From the NCBI GenBank assembly GCA_963422375.2, contig OY729428.2, positions 1,152,001-1,216,000 of the forward strand: 64,000 nt of DNA, read 5' to 3'. Positions within the stretch are counted from its first letter, which is position 1, and every line of letters begins with the position of its first letter. Source of the DNA: Bryobacterales bacterium (GTDB taxonomy: Bacteria > Acidobacteriota > Terriglobia > Bryobacterales > UBA6623). Under the pieces are notes generated by a model. It was given only the letters and a program-made list of their open reading frames with translations, had not been told where the DNA came from and ran no database searches. Position numbers and translations under genes: made by a program. This document shows, piece after piece, positions 48,812 to 59,231 of the stretch.

Positions 48812-50410
48812 TTACGAGGCCCTTTCCGCCCCGAGACCCGTGTTGGCCCTCACGCTGAGTTCCACGTACCGCTCCTCGGCATCCGGCTCGCGCGAGAGGA
48901 TCGACCCTAGGTACGCTGCGAGAAAGCCGAGGGGGATGCTCACGATACCGGGATTCTTGAGCGGGTACCAAGCGTCGGCCTGGATCAAGCGCCGCGCGCT
49001 TTCCGCCACCTCCGGCCCGTCGATGCCCATGAAGCTGGGGCTGGCGATGATCAGCCCCACCGACGAAAGCAGGCCGGCCGCCAAGCCCGAGACCGCGCCA
49101 TTCGTGTTGAACCGCTTCCAGTACAGCGAGAACAGGATTACCGGCAAGTTGGCCGACGCGGCTACCGCGAAGGCGAGCCCCACGAGGAACGCCACGTTGG
49201 CGTTCGGCCCCAGACCGATGGCGATCAGTATCGACAGGGCTCCCACGACGAAGGCCGTCCAGCGTGCCACGCGCACCTCGTCACCGGGCGCCTTCTTCTT
49301 GCCGTGGTGCAGCACGTTCGAATAGAAGTCGTGCGCGAACGAGGTCGACGCGCTGATCGTCAGCCCGGCCACCACCGCCAGAATCGTGGCGAAGGCCACC
49401 GCCGAGATGAAGGCGAAGAAGACGTCCCCGGCCAGGGCCTGGGCCAGCAGCGGAGCGCTCATGTTCGTCCCGCCGTTGGCCGAAATCAAGTCGGGCCCGA
49501 CGATCGTTGCGGCTCCGAAACCGAGGAAGGTCGTCATGATGTAGAAGGCCCCGATCAGGAGCATGGCCCAGAAGACGCTCACGCGCGCCGTCTTAGCGTC
49601 CGGTACCGTGTAGAAGCGGATCAGAATGTGGGGCAGGCCGGCCGTGCCGAAGATGAGCGCTACGCCCAGCGAGATCAGGTCCAGAGCGCCGTACGGCGGC
49701 TTGAAGTAGTGGCCCGGCGTCATGAAGTCGCGCGTCACGGTCTGCCCGTCCACCTGCAGGCTGACGCTGCTCGCGGCCTCGAACAGCGCGCCCAGGTCGA
49801 ATCCGAATCGCGCCAGCACCAAGACGCTCAGCAGCAGAGTGCCGCTCATCAGCAGCACGGCCTTGACGATCTGGACCCAGGTCGTCGCCAGCATGCCACC
49901 GAAGACCACGTAGACGATCATCAGGATCCCCACCCCGGTCACGGCCTGGACGTAGCCCACGCCGGAATCGGCCAGCAGCAGACTTACCAAGGCACCCGCG
50001 CCCACCATCTGGGCAATCATGTAGAACGTCGACACGGTCAGGGTGCTCAGGGAAGCCCACGCCCGGACCGGCCGGGGACGCAGGCGGAACGCGAGCACGT
50101 CGGCCATCGTGTACTTGCCGGTGTTGCGCAGAGGTTCCGCCACCACAAGCAGCACGGTTAGGTAGGCGACCAGGAATCCTACCGAGTACATGAACCCGTC
50201 GTACCCGTAGAACGCGATCAGGCCCGCGATGCCGAGAAACGAGGCCGCGCTCATGTAGTCGCCGGATATCGCGAGACCGTTCTGCCATCCGGTGATACGA
50301 CGGCCCGCCGCGAAGAAGGCTTTCTCCCCCGCCGACCGGCCCGCGGCCCAGTACGTGATGCCGAGCGTGGCGACGACGAAGGTCAGGAACATTACGAGGG
50401 GCAGCGACAC
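48812..50410 (-). CDS. actP: Cation/acetate symporter (SSS family)
   Basis: QNGLAISGDYMSAASFLG, AEPLRN.GKYT, GTAGLPHILIRFYTVP, AFATILAVVAGL. Confidence 0.93.
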   Translation of the reverse strand: MSLPLVMFLTFVVATLGITYWAAGRSAGEKAFFAAGRRITGWQNGLAISGDYMSAASFLGIAGLIAFYGYDGFMYSVGFLVAYLTVLLVVAEPLRNTGKYTMADVLAFRLRPRPVRAWASLSTLTVSTFYMIAQMVGAGALVSLLLADSGVGYVQAVTGVGILMIVYVVFGGMLATTWVQIVKAVLLMSGTLLLSVLVLARFGFDLGALFEAASSVSLQVDGQTVTRDFMTPGHYFKPPYGALDLISLGVALIFGTAGLPHILIRFYTVPDAKTARVSVFWAMLLIGAFYIMTTFLGFGAATIVGPDLISANGGTNMSAPLLAQALAGDVFFAFISAVAFATILAVVAGLTISASTSFAHDFYSNVLHHGKKKAPGDEVRVARWTAFVVGALSILIAIGLGPNANVAFLVGLAFAVAASANLPVILFSLYWKRFNTNGAVSGLAAGLLSSVGLIIASPSFMGIDGPEVAESARRLIQADAWYPLKNPGIVSIPLGFLAAYLGSILSREPDAEERYVELSVRANTGLGAERAS

Positions 50411-50411
50411 G

Positions 50412-50756
50412 TCAGCTCCCCCCTTCCGGCAGGCCCGCCGAGGAAGCGCCCGGAGCCTCGGCCAGAAGGCTGGCTGTCATCCGGTCGTAGCGTCCCGCGA
50501 ACCGCATGTACAGGTACGCGATCGCCCAGGTCATGAGGAACTGGGAGAACGCGAAGAGGTAGGCCAGGTTGGCGTGCCCCCACACCTTGCGGGCCATCAG
50601 TTCGGGCCAGTAGCCCACCAAGACCGGAAGAGCGAAGTAGTAGGCGATAAAAAATACAGTCAAGGCCACGACGGCTGCGGTTTTTTGCCTGATCAAATCC
50701 CGGTAGGCGGGAGTTGCGTACAATTGATCGGAAAGGCTCATAGCACGCGACTCCAT
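50412..50756 (-). CDS. yjcH: DUF485 (YjcH-like) membrane protein
   Basis: Two transmembrane segments, NLAYLFAFSQF, Y…A..YD; immediately upstream of actP; start may be 50741. Confidence 0.88.
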   Translation of the reverse strand: MESRAMSLSDQLYATPAYRDLIRQKTAAVVALTVFFIAYYFALPVLVGYWPELMARKVWGHANLAYLFAFSQFLMTWAIAYLYMRFAGRYDRMTASLLAEAPGASSAGLPEGGS

Positions 50757-50855
50757 AGAATACACCTCGTTTCATCGGGATGCGCGTCGGATCCGTGACC
50801 GGCATGTCTCCGATGCCGCCGTCCGGACCGGCCGGGTCCCGCGCGCGACGGGCGC

Positions 50856-51704
50856 CTACAGAGCGCTGAGGCGGATCTCGTACTCGATCGGCCCCGTCGC
50901 GACGCTTCCGCGGAAACTTCCGCTGGTCGGCGCGGCGCCGCTCGGAACGTGGGCGGCCGCCACGGCGACGTGGCTGTCGGCGACAGCCAGGCCTTGGGAC
51001 GGGTCGTAGCCGCGCCAGCCGGCACCGGGCAGGTACACCTCGGCCCACGCGTGCATCTGGGTGGCGGCCGACTCCGACGGCTGGTGGGCGTAGCCGCTCA
51101 CGAAGCGAGCCGCGATCCCGACCTCCCGGCAGCACTCGGCGAACAGTACCGCGAGGTCGCGGCAGGCCACCCGCGACGCTCGCAGGCACTCGCCCGGCGC
51201 CATCGGGTCGCCGCTGACCCGCAATTCGGGCTCGGAGCGGCTGTGCAGCGACGAAGTCAGGGCGCCCAGGAAGGCCAGTGTCCCGCCTCCGGCCCGGTGG
51301 GCCAAGGTCCGGGCAAATTCCGACACCGACGCAGCGGTCGGATCGCAGCGTTCCAGCGCCCCGGCGAGTTGCCGGCGCTCGGCCGGAGCGTAGTCCACGG
51401 GCAGCTGCGCGGGGCGCTCGCCGAACAGGATGTACTCGAAGGGATTCTTTCGCAGAGTTTCGACCTCGAATTCCGTGCGTACGCGCAGCTCGCTGGCTGG
51501 GCCCGAGAACCAGGCCTGCGCCACGTCGTTGCCCTCGCTGTCGACGAATTCCGCAAGCAGCGAGGGACGCGGCTCGATCTCGAGGCGGAAGCGCAGCAGG
51601 CGCTGCGAGCCGTCGCAGCGCGGGCGCAGCCGGATCGCGTGCGTCTCCAGATGCACCGGCGCGCCGTAGCGGAACCGCGTCAGGTGATTCGCGACGAAAC
51701 GCAT
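50856..51704 (-). CDS. Transglutaminase-like protein with bacterial N-terminal domain
   Basis: H.TRFRY..PV, IRLRPR, DSEGN, catalytic ACRDLA / HAWAEVY / GYDP, ARFVSGY. Confidence 0.92.
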   Translation of the reverse strand: MRFVANHLTRFRYGAPVHLETHAIRLRPRCDGSQRLLRFRLEIEPRPSLLAEFVDSEGNDVAQAWFSGPASELRVRTEFEVETLRKNPFEYILFGERPAQLPVDYAPAERRQLAGALERCDPTAASVSEFARTLAHRAGGGTLAFLGALTSSLHSRSEPELRVSGDPMAPGECLRASRVACRDLAVLFAECCREVGIAARFVSGYAHQPSESAATQMHAWAEVYLPGAGWRGYDPSQGLAVADSHVAVAAAHVPSGAAPTSGSFRGSVATGPIEYEIRLSAL

Positions 51705-51729
51705 GCGGGTGGGGGTTGCGCCACGGCAC

Positions 51730-52467
51730 CTACCGGTCGGCGGGCCGCAGCTTCGCGAACAGCTCCTCCAGCCAGTCCCCGGGCAGGTCGCGCACGGACC
51801 TGCGCAGATTCTCCTGCCACCAGTGCGAAATGTCCGCCAGATCTTCCTTCTGGTAGCGCTGCTCGACCATGCGGAACGACTTCGGCGCGTAAAGCACCGC
51901 GTCGATGGGAAAGTCGACATCCGCGGCGCTGATCCGGGTGGAGTCGAAGGCGAGGCATCCGGTCTTGAAGGCGTGCCGCAGCGAATCGCCGTAGGTCAGC
52001 GTCCGGTCCAGGATGGGCTTGCCGTAACCGGTGGAACCGATCACGTGATAGGGAGTGGCGCGGCCCGTGTCGACCCAGTTCCCTTCGGGGTAGACCAAGT
52101 ACAGCTTGTGAGTCGCGTCGGAGGGCATCTGCCCTCCGATCAGCGCGTTCATGTTGAACGCCAGCCCGCCGGCGGACAGGGCCGCCTTGTCCTCGGCGGA
52201 TACCCTGCGGACCTGCTCGCTGAACAGGTTCACCACCTGGTAGAGTCGGCCGTACGATTCCTGGCGCTCGTGGAGAGCCTCCTCGAAATAGGTGACGACC
52301 TTGTCGCGGACCGACCGCAGGCCGGAAGTCATGATGAACAGAGCGCCGCCGTCCCGCTCGTAGCAGGTGACCTTCTTGGCGGTCAGGCACTCCGTGCCCG
52401 AGACGACCCGCGTGTCGGCGATCCCGACCAAGCCGTCGCGGACGTTGATTCCCAAGCAGAACGTCAT
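51730..52467 (-). CDS. anbu: Anbu proteasome-type Ntn peptidase
   Basis: MTFCLGI..RDGLVGIADTR (Thr-1), LIGGQ, LYLVYPEGNW, IG…YGKPILDR, FDST. Confidence 0.9.
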   Translation of the reverse strand: MTFCLGINVRDGLVGIADTRVVSGTECLTAKKVTCYERDGGALFIMTSGLRSVRDKVVTYFEEALHERQESYGRLYQVVNLFSEQVRRVSAEDKAALSAGGLAFNMNALIGGQMPSDATHKLYLVYPEGNWVDTGRATPYHVIGSTGYGKPILDRTLTYGDSLRHAFKTGCLAFDSTRISAADVDFPIDAVLYAPKSFRMVEQRYQKEDLADISHWWQENLRRSVRDLPGDWLEELFAKLRPADR

Positions 52468-53441
52468 TCCGTCGCAGCTTCCGAGCGGCCTTCCCGTCCG
52501 GCCAGCCGCGGAGCGAAGAAGGTGTTCTGGAGGGCCTCGCCGACGCCGTTCAGGAGGCCCTGCAGGCCGTCGAGGAACTCGTGGAGCCCGCCGGCTATCA
52601 CCTCGTCGATTGCCGTGTAGTTGAGATCCGCGACGAGGCGGCCCAGGCGGCGTTCGGCCGCGCTGCGATAGGTGCCCGCAGGCGTGCCGGTGATCGAGTG
52701 CAACGAGGCGTTGGCGCGCCTCAGACAGTTGCGCGCCGACCGCGGGAACCGCTCGTCCAAGAGCAGGAAATCCGTCGTCGCGTCCATGCGGACCATGCCG
52801 TGACGCCGACGGTACATCTCCAGCGCGCTGACGGACTGCAGCACGGCGATCCAGTACAGGTCGTCGGCCGGGCTCCCTACGTCGGCCGGAGAGGGCAGCC
52901 GGGTGAAGTAGCGGATGTCCACGATGCGCGTGGTCTTGTCGGCGCGCTCCAGCAGTCGCCCCATGCGGCCGAAATGCCAGGCCTCCGCGTGCGACAGCGT
53001 CGCGCAGCAGGCGCCCTCGGCAGCGTGGCTGGCGCGAATCACCTGCTGCAGGAAGGCGTGGTGGGGCGCGGACCGCTCCGAGGCGTGGTGCTCGACGTAG
53101 AGATACATCTCGTTGATCTCGGCCCAGACCGCCGAGGAGAGGACCTCCCGGATCGAGCGAGCGTTCTCGCGGGCCGCGCGGAGCGACGACAGGATCGAGT
53201 TCGGATTCTCCTCGTCGAACGTGAGAAACCAGCTCACTTCGTCCTGGTCCGCGGCGTGGTAGCGCTTGTAGAAGTCCTCGGCGTCCCCGGTGATCTGCAC
53301 CAAGGGAGCCCATTGCGGCGGCATCCCGGGCGGCAGGTCGAGCATCAGGTGCTCGTTGACGTCGACGAAGCGCGCCACGTTCTCGGCGCGCTCGATGTAC
53401 CGGCACATCCAGTACATCGATTCGGCGACCCGGCTCAGCAT
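52464..53441 (-). CDS. Alpha-E domain protein (DUF403)
   Basis: MLSRVAESMYWMCRYIERAEN, ARENARSIRE, GRLLERADKTTR, FPRS. Confidence 0.93.
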   Translation of the reverse strand: MLSRVAESMYWMCRYIERAENVARFVDVNEHLMLDLPPGMPPQWAPLVQITGDAEDFYKRYHAADQDEVSWFLTFDEENPNSILSSLRAARENARSIREVLSSAVWAEINEMYLYVEHHASERSAPHHAFLQQVIRASHAAEGACCATLSHAEAWHFGRMGRLLERADKTTRIVDIRYFTRLPSPADVGSPADDLYWIAVLQSVSALEMYRRRHGMVRMDATTDFLLLDERFPRSARNCLRRANASLHSITGTPAGTYRSAAERRLGRLVADLNYTAIDEVIAGGLHEFLDGLQGLLNGVGEALQNTFFAPRLAGREGRSEAATE

Positions 53442-53457
53442 GGCTCCGGCACCGCGC

Positions 53458-54918
53458 CTACGCCGCGCCCGGCGACCGCCCGCCGCCGGGAGCCAGCACC
53501 CAGGTGTCCTTGCTGCCGCCGCCCTGGGACGAGTTGACCACCAGCGAGCCCTTGCGCAACGCGACCCGGGTCAGCCCGCCCGGCAGGACGAAGATGTCGC
53601 TGCCGTACAGCACGAAGGGCCGCAAGTCCACGTGGCGACCCTCCAAGCGGCCGTCGACCAAGGTCGGCACGCGGGACAGGGACAGGGTGGTCTGCGCGAT
53701 GTAGTTCCGGCTATTGGCCAGGATGCGCTCGCGAAACTCCTCGCGCTCCTGCTTCGTCGCGTGCGGGCCGATCAGCAGGCCGTACCCGCCGGACTCGTTC
53801 GCCGGCTTCACGACCAGGTCGGCGATGTTGTCCAGGACGTACTCCCGCTGGCGGCGGTCCCAGCACACGTAGGTGGGTACGTTCGGAAGGATCAAGTCCT
53901 CTCCCAGGTAGTAGCGCACGATCGCCGGCACGTACGCGTAGATCGCCTTGTCGTCGGCGACGCCGGTCCCCGGTGCGTTCACCAAGGTCACGCGCTTCCG
54001 CCGGTAGGCATCCAAGAGACCGGGCACGCCCAGCACCGAATCGGCCCGGAACGCCCGCGGGTCGAGGAAGTCGTCGTCGATGCGGCGGTAGATCACGTGA
54101 ACGCGCTGCAAGCCCGCCGTGGTGCGCATGAATACGGTGCCGCCCTCGACCGTCAGGTCGCGACCCTCGACCAGTTCGACGCCCATCTGCTGCGCCAGGA
54201 AGGAGTGCTCGAAGTAGGCCGAATTGTAGGGGCCGGGCGTGAGCACGACCGCCTTCACGTCCCCGGACGCCGGCGGCGCGACATCGGCCAGGGCGGCCAG
54301 CAGCCGTCCCGGATAGTCCACCACCGGCCGCACGCCGAGGCCTTGGAAGACCCTCGGGAACGTCCGCTTGAGCACGGCCCTGTTCTGCAGCATGTACGAC
54401 ACGCCGGACGGCACGCGCAGGTTGTCCTCGAGCACGTAGAACTGCCCGTCGGCGTGCCGGACGATGTCGGTGCCGGTGACGTGGCACCACACGCCCAGCG
54501 GCGGGTCGATGCCCAGGCACTCCCGGCGGAAGCCCTGGGCGGATCGCACGATCTCCTCGGGGACGACCTTGTCGCGGAGGATCTTCCGGTCGTGGTAGAT
54601 GTCGTCGATGAACAGGTTGAGGGCGCGGATCCGCTGCTTCAGGCCGCGCTCGATGCGCTCCCATTCGCCGGCCGCCACGAGACGCGGCACGACGTCGAAG
54701 GGAAAGATCCTCTCGCGGCCCCGCTGGTCCCCGTAGACATTGAAGGTGATGCCCATGCGCATGAGGCTGCGCTCCGCAGCTTCATGCCGTTGCAGCAAGT
54801 GGCCCGGCGGCAGCGAATCGATGCGATCGACCAAGCTGCGGAACTCGGGGCGCGGGGCGCCGTCGGGCTGGAAGAGCTCGTCGTAGAATCCCTCCGTGCT
54901 GTAGGAGTCGAACTTCAT
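53458..54918 (-). CDS. Circularly permuted type 2 ATP-grasp protein
   Basis: [63 protein letters not shown]. Confidence 0.95.
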   Translation of the reverse strand: MKFDSYSTEGFYDELFQPDGAPRPEFRSLVDRIDSLPPGHLLQRHEAAERSLMRMGITFNVYGDQRGRERIFPFDVVPRLVAAGEWERIERGLKQRIRALNLFIDDIYHDRKILRDKVVPEEIVRSAQGFRRECLGIDPPLGVWCHVTGTDIVRHADGQFYVLEDNLRVPSGVSYMLQNRAVLKRTFPRVFQGLGVRPVVDYPGRLLAALADVAPPASGDVKAVVLTPGPYNSAYFEHSFLAQQMGVELVEGRDLTVEGGTVFMRTTAGLQRVHVIYRRIDDDFLDPRAFRADSVLGVPGLLDAYRRKRVTLVNAPGTGVADDKAIYAYVPAIVRYYLGEDLILPNVPTYVCWDRRQREYVLDNIADLVVKPANESGGYGLLIGPHATKQEREEFRERILANSRNYIAQTTLSLSRVPTLVDGRLEGRHVDLRPFVLYGSDIFVLPGGLTRVALRKGSLVVNSSQGGGSKDTWVLAPGGGRSPGAA

Positions 54919-54987
54919 CCGGAGCGCCGGCAGCGAGACCGACGCGACCTGTCGTCGGAAGGACGTGGTCTGAGGTCAGCATTCAGG

Positions 54988-56649
54988 CTAGCGCAACCCG
55001 GGGCCCGCAGGGGCTGCCGGCGCCTGATCCCGGCGCTCCCCGTCGCCGGCGCTCCCGGCCGACTCGCCGTCCCCCAACGGACCGCCGGTACGCTCCCAGA
55101 GCCAGCGGGCGGCCCGCTCCGGGGATTCCCCGTCAACCTCCACGCGCCGGTTGGCAAGTCCCATCGTGCGGTCGTCGATACGATTCACGAGACCGCCCAG
55201 AACCGCGACCAGCGCCGCGTTGCGCGACGCGGCCGGCGATACCAGCAGGATGGCGTCGTAGGGCGGGAAACCGTGCAGCGGATCGTCCAGCAGGGACAGG
55301 CCTCCCTCCGCGAGGCGCCCGTCGGTAGTGTAGGCGGTGATCACGTCCACCTGGCCGGCCCGCACGGCGTCGAACATGTAGATCGCCTGCATGGGGCGCG
55401 TGAGCAGCGACTCGAGGCCGTACACCTCGCGCACGCGGTCCCATTCGGGACGGCCGAACACCTCGGGATCGCCTCCGATCTCGAGATCGCGGCCGGACAG
55501 GTCGGCGATCGTGCGGATGCCGAACTCCTCCGCGCGGTCCTCGCGCATCGCCAGGGCGTAATCGTTCCTGAACCCGAGATGGCCCACCGCGAGCACGCGA
55601 TGCTCGCGGAGCAGGTAGGCGGCGGCCTCGACTCGCGTCCGCAGGCGCGAAGCCGGCTCGCCGCGCTTCATCAGGGTGGCCCAGACCGTGCCCGTGTAGT
55701 CCACGTAGCAGTCCACCGCGTCGCTGCGCAGCGCGTCGAACAGGATGGTCGATCCCATGCTGGGCCGGTTGACCACCTCGGCGCCGGCGGCCTGCAGCTG
55801 CAGACCGACCAGCGCGGCAAGGACGTGGCTCTCGACAAACGTCTTGGAGCCGGTGACGAAGCGCTGCCCGGCCAGCAGCCTGCCGGGATCCGCCGCGGCC
55901 GGGTCCCCGGCCGCGGCGGTCTGGCTCGCGGGCCCGGCCGGAGCCGCCGGTCGCGGCCACAGGGCCAGGCCCGCCGAAGCAGCGAGGGCGAGCGCGAGCC
56001 CGGCCCCGACGAGCCTGGCCCGCATGCGCCGACGGCGGCGCACCGCGTCCTCGACGACGCGCAGCGACTGGTCCAGCGCCACGGCCAGGACGGCGGCAAA
56101 GAAGCACCCGAAGAGCGTGGTGGGGTGATTGCGCGTCTGCAGGCCCGTGAAAATATACGACCCGAGGCCGGCCGCCCCGACGGCGGTCGCCAGGGTGGTC
56201 GTCCCCACGGTCCAGACGGTGGAGGTGCGCAGGCCGGCCAGGATCACGGGGAACGCGAGCGGGAAGCGCACCCGTAGCAGGACCTGGCGCTCGGTCATCC
56301 CGAGGCCGCGCGCCGCCTCGACGAGCTGCGGGTCCGTGCCCGTCAGGCCGGTGACCGTGTTCTGCAGCAGCGGCAGCAGCGCGTAGACGGTCAGCGCGAC
56401 GAAGGCCGGAGCGAAGCCGATCGCGCCGCCCAGCAGCGGGACCATCAGGGCCAGCAGCGCGAGGCCCGGTATCGTCTGGAGCACCCCCGCCGCCGCCAGG
56501 ATCCAGTTCCTCAGCCCGGGGCGGCGATCGGCGAGCAGGGCCATCGACATGGCCGTCGCCGCCGCCGCGCCGACGGCGGACATCGACAGCAGCAGGTGCC
56601 ACGCCAGCAGCGACGGCAGGTCGCGCAGGTTCTGGCCGAGCTCCGTCAC
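54988..56649 (-). CDS. Osmoprotectant-type ABC transporter, fused permease + substrate-binding protein
   Basis: LQTIPGLALLA, EAARGLGMT, GAAGLG; binding domain GSKTFVE, YVDYTGT, FRNDYALA, YTTDG, FPPYDA; GTGA overlap with the ATPase gene. Confidence 0.92.
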   Translation of the reverse strand: MTELGQNLRDLPSLLAWHLLLSMSAVGAAAATAMSMALLADRRPGLRNWILAAAGVLQTIPGLALLALMVPLLGGAIGFAPAFVALTVYALLPLLQNTVTGLTGTDPQLVEAARGLGMTERQVLLRVRFPLAFPVILAGLRTSTVWTVGTTTLATAVGAAGLGSYIFTGLQTRNHPTTLFGCFFAAVLAVALDQSLRVVEDAVRRRRRMRARLVGAGLALALAASAGLALWPRPAAPAGPASQTAAAGDPAAADPGRLLAGQRFVTGSKTFVESHVLAALVGLQLQAAGAEVVNRPSMGSTILFDALRSDAVDCYVDYTGTVWATLMKRGEPASRLRTRVEAAAYLLREHRVLAVGHLGFRNDYALAMREDRAEEFGIRTIADLSGRDLEIGGDPEVFGRPEWDRVREVYGLESLLTRPMQAIYMFDAVRAGQVDVITAYTTDGRLAEGGLSLLDDPLHGFPPYDAILLVSPAASRNAALVAVLGGLVNRIDDRTMGLANRRVEVDGESPERAARWLWERTGGPLGDGESAGSAGDGERRDQAPAAPAGPGLR

Positions 56650-57416
56650 TGCCCCAGCAATCCCTTCCAGGCCGCGGCCTGCCGGCGCGGAGTGGTCAGC
56701 AGATCCTCGACCTCCGCGCTCGACGGGCGCCGCAGGATGTCCGCGGGACGGCCCGTCTGGACAACGCGCCCGCGCGACAGGATCGCGATCCTGTCCGCCA
56801 GCAGCAGCGCCTCGGACACGTCGTGCGTGACCAGCACGGCGGTGAACCCGAGGCGACACTGCAGATCCCGGAAGTCGGACTGCACCCCCTCGCGCGTGAG
56901 CGGGTCGAGCGCTCCGAACGGCTCGTCCATCAGCACGAGCGAGGGCTGCGCAGCGAGCGCCCGGGCCACGCCCACGCGCTGCTGCTGCCCGCCCGAAAGG
57001 CTGTCGGGCGGCCTGTCGCGGAACTCCGGCGGTTCGAGCCGCACGAGTTCCAGCAGCTCGTCGACCCGTCGCGCCATGCGGGCCGCGTCCCACCCGAGCA
57101 GCCGCGGGACGACCGCGATGTTCTCGGCCACGGTCCAGTGGGGGAACAGCGCGGCGCCCTGCAGCACGTACCCGACCGAGAGGCGCAGCGCCACCGGATC
57201 GATCTCCGCGACGCTGCGGCCCGCGACCTCGACGGCACCGCGCTCGAGCGGCACCAGGCGGTTGATGCTCCGCAGCAGGGTCGTCTTGCCGGACCCGGAC
57301 GCCCCGAGGAGCGCGAGGATCTCGCCGGCGGCGGCATCCAAGTCGATGTCGTGCAGGATCCGGGCGCCGGGGCGCCCGAGCCTGACGCAGACCCCGGCGA
57401 GCCGGAGGCTGCTCAC
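56646..57416 (-). CDS. Osmoprotectant ABC transporter ATP-binding subunit
   Basis: GASGSGKTT, INRL, LFPHWTVAENI, LSGGQQQRVG, MDEPFGALDP, VTHD. Confidence 0.92.
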   Translation of the reverse strand: MSSLRLAGVCVRLGRPGARILHDIDLDAAAGEILALLGASGSGKTTLLRSINRLVPLERGAVEVAGRSVAEIDPVALRLSVGYVLQGAALFPHWTVAENIAVVPRLLGWDAARMARRVDELLELVRLEPPEFRDRPPDSLSGGQQQRVGVARALAAQPSLVLMDEPFGALDPLTREGVQSDFRDLQCRLGFTAVLVTHDVSEALLLADRIAILSRGRVVQTGRPADILRRPSSAEVEDLLTTPRRQAAAWKGLLGQ

Positions 57417-57507
57417 TGCCGCACCCCGCCCGCGCCGGCCGAGGCAGTGCGTCCCTTGCCGACGCGCCGCATCGCGCCCCCGGCGGGCACCGTCGAGCGC
57501 CCGCTCA

Positions 57508-59196
57508 TCAGGCGAAGTAGACCAGCATGAAGACGGTCGCGGCCGCGAGCAGCCACGCCCAGGGACGCTCGCTGCCCCAGAAGCCGCGGGCCGGCTCGCC
57601 GCCGCCGGCGCCCAGCGCCCGCCACGTGTACCGGTCCACCGCCGACGGCAGGGGCGAGCGCGCACGGGAAAGCGCGACGATCACCGCCAGCGCGAAGGCC
57701 GCCGTCAGGGCGGTGCGATGCAGGAAGTTCAGCTGCGGGCCGAACGCCCCGCTGACCGCGGCCGCCAGCGCGGAGGCCCCGCCGACCCACGCGCCGTAGC
57801 CCCACTCGATCGCGAACGAGAACAGCGGCGACAGCAGCATGGCCCAGAACGAGCCGGACGCCGACGCGCCCCTCCACAGCACCCCGGCCAGGAAGGCCAC
57901 CGCCATGCCCGGCACGAAGTGGCCGATCTGCGCGGGCACCTTCAGGAAGAAATTGTCCGCGGCGTCCTCGGTGTAGATCCCCGCCGCGATGCACGCCGCG
58001 ATCGCCACGAAGGCGAGGATAGCGATCCTCCCCACCAGGATCAGTCGCCGCTCGGAAGCCTCCGGGGCGGCGTAGCGCTTGTAGAAGTCGAACGTGAAGA
58101 GCGTCGCGCCGGAGTTCATCATCGAGTCGATGCTCGAGAGAATGGCGCCGATCAGGCCCGCCGTGATGAGGCCGACCAAGCCGTAGCCCGCCGGCACGAT
58201 CATGCGCACGAGCAGGGGGAAGGCGTCGTCGGGAAGGGGCAGCGCCGCGATCTCGCCGGCCGCCAGGCGCGTTTCGAAGAGAAAGCCCGCAGCGACCCCG
58301 GTCGCGATCGAGACGAACGGGATCAGCAGCTTGAGAAAGCCCGCGACCAGGATGCCCATGCGGGCGTCGAAGTCCGAGCGCGCGGCCAGGGCCCGCTGGG
58401 CAATGAACTGGTTCGTCGACCAGTAGAAGACGTGAATGATCAGCAGCCCGCTGACCACGCCGGTCCAAGGCAGCTGGGGATGGTCGGGCGGCAGGTACAG
58501 GTGGAACTTCTGCTCGGCCGGCGGACGGGCCGCGTCCTTGGCGAGCAGCCCGCCGAGCCCGCCGATCTCGGGCTGGGCGAACACGAGCACGGCCACGAAG
58601 ATCCCGGCCAGGAGCAGCAGCACCGACTGCATGACGTCGGTCCAGATCACGGCCTTGAGCCCGCCCACGATGGTGTAAGTGGCGGTGACGACCGCGAATA
58701 CGAGGATGCCGGGCAGGTAGCCGATCTCGAGCGGCGTGCCGTCGAGCAGGAAGCTCAGCGCACGAGCCCCGATGTAGAAGCCCAGCGCCATGCGGACCAC
58801 CACGATCATGAGGATGTTGAACGCCGAGTAGAGCACGCTGCAGCGCTCGTCGAATCGCCCGGCCAGGTACTCGGACAGCGTGTAGACCCCCATGCGCCGG
58901 TACAGCGGAAGGAAGACGAACGCCAGAATCAGCAGCCCGGCGATCGCCCCGTACTCGAAGTGCGCCTGGGCGAATCCGATCGAGTAGCCGATGCCCAGCA
59001 TGCCGACCAAGTGCTCGGCGCTGACGTTGGTGCCGAAGATCGAGCCCGCCACGCCCCACCACGGCACGCTCTTGCCTGCGAGATAGAAGTCCCGCGTGTC
59101 GTCCTCCTTGCGCCCGGCCCACAGGCCGATGGCCAGGACGCTTAGCAGGCTGGCCAGGAAGATGGCAATGTCGAAGGCCGCCAGCGGGATCGGCAC
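57508..59196 (-). CDS. Sodium:solute symporter (SLC5/SGLT-like)
   Basis: FYLAGK, TNVSAEHLVG, GGLKAVIWTDVMQ, YWSTNQFIAQRALAA, SSIDSMMNS. Confidence 0.93.
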   Translation of the reverse strand: MPIPLAAFDIAIFLASLLSVLAIGLWAGRKEDDTRDFYLAGKSVPWWGVAGSIFGTNVSAEHLVGMLGIGYSIGFAQAHFEYGAIAGLLILAFVFLPLYRRMGVYTLSEYLAGRFDERCSVLYSAFNILMIVVVRMALGFYIGARALSFLLDGTPLEIGYLPGILVFAVVTATYTIVGGLKAVIWTDVMQSVLLLLAGIFVAVLVFAQPEIGGLGGLLAKDAARPPAEQKFHLYLPPDHPQLPWTGVVSGLLIIHVFYWSTNQFIAQRALAARSDFDARMGILVAGFLKLLIPFVSIATGVAAGFLFETRLAAGEIAALPLPDDAFPLLVRMIVPAGYGLVGLITAGLIGAILSSIDSMMNSGATLFTFDFYKRYAAPEASERRLILVGRIAILAFVAIAACIAAGIYTEDAADNFFLKVPAQIGHFVPGMAVAFLAGVLWRGASASGSFWAMLLSPLFSFAIEWGYGAWVGGASALAAAVSGAFGPQLNFLHRTALTAAFALAVIVALSRARSPLPSAVDRYTWRALGAGGGEPARGFWGSERPWAWLLAAATVFMLVYFA

Positions 59197-59231
59197 GGAT
59201 CAAAGCCTAGCGCAGCGGCACTGCAGGCCCG

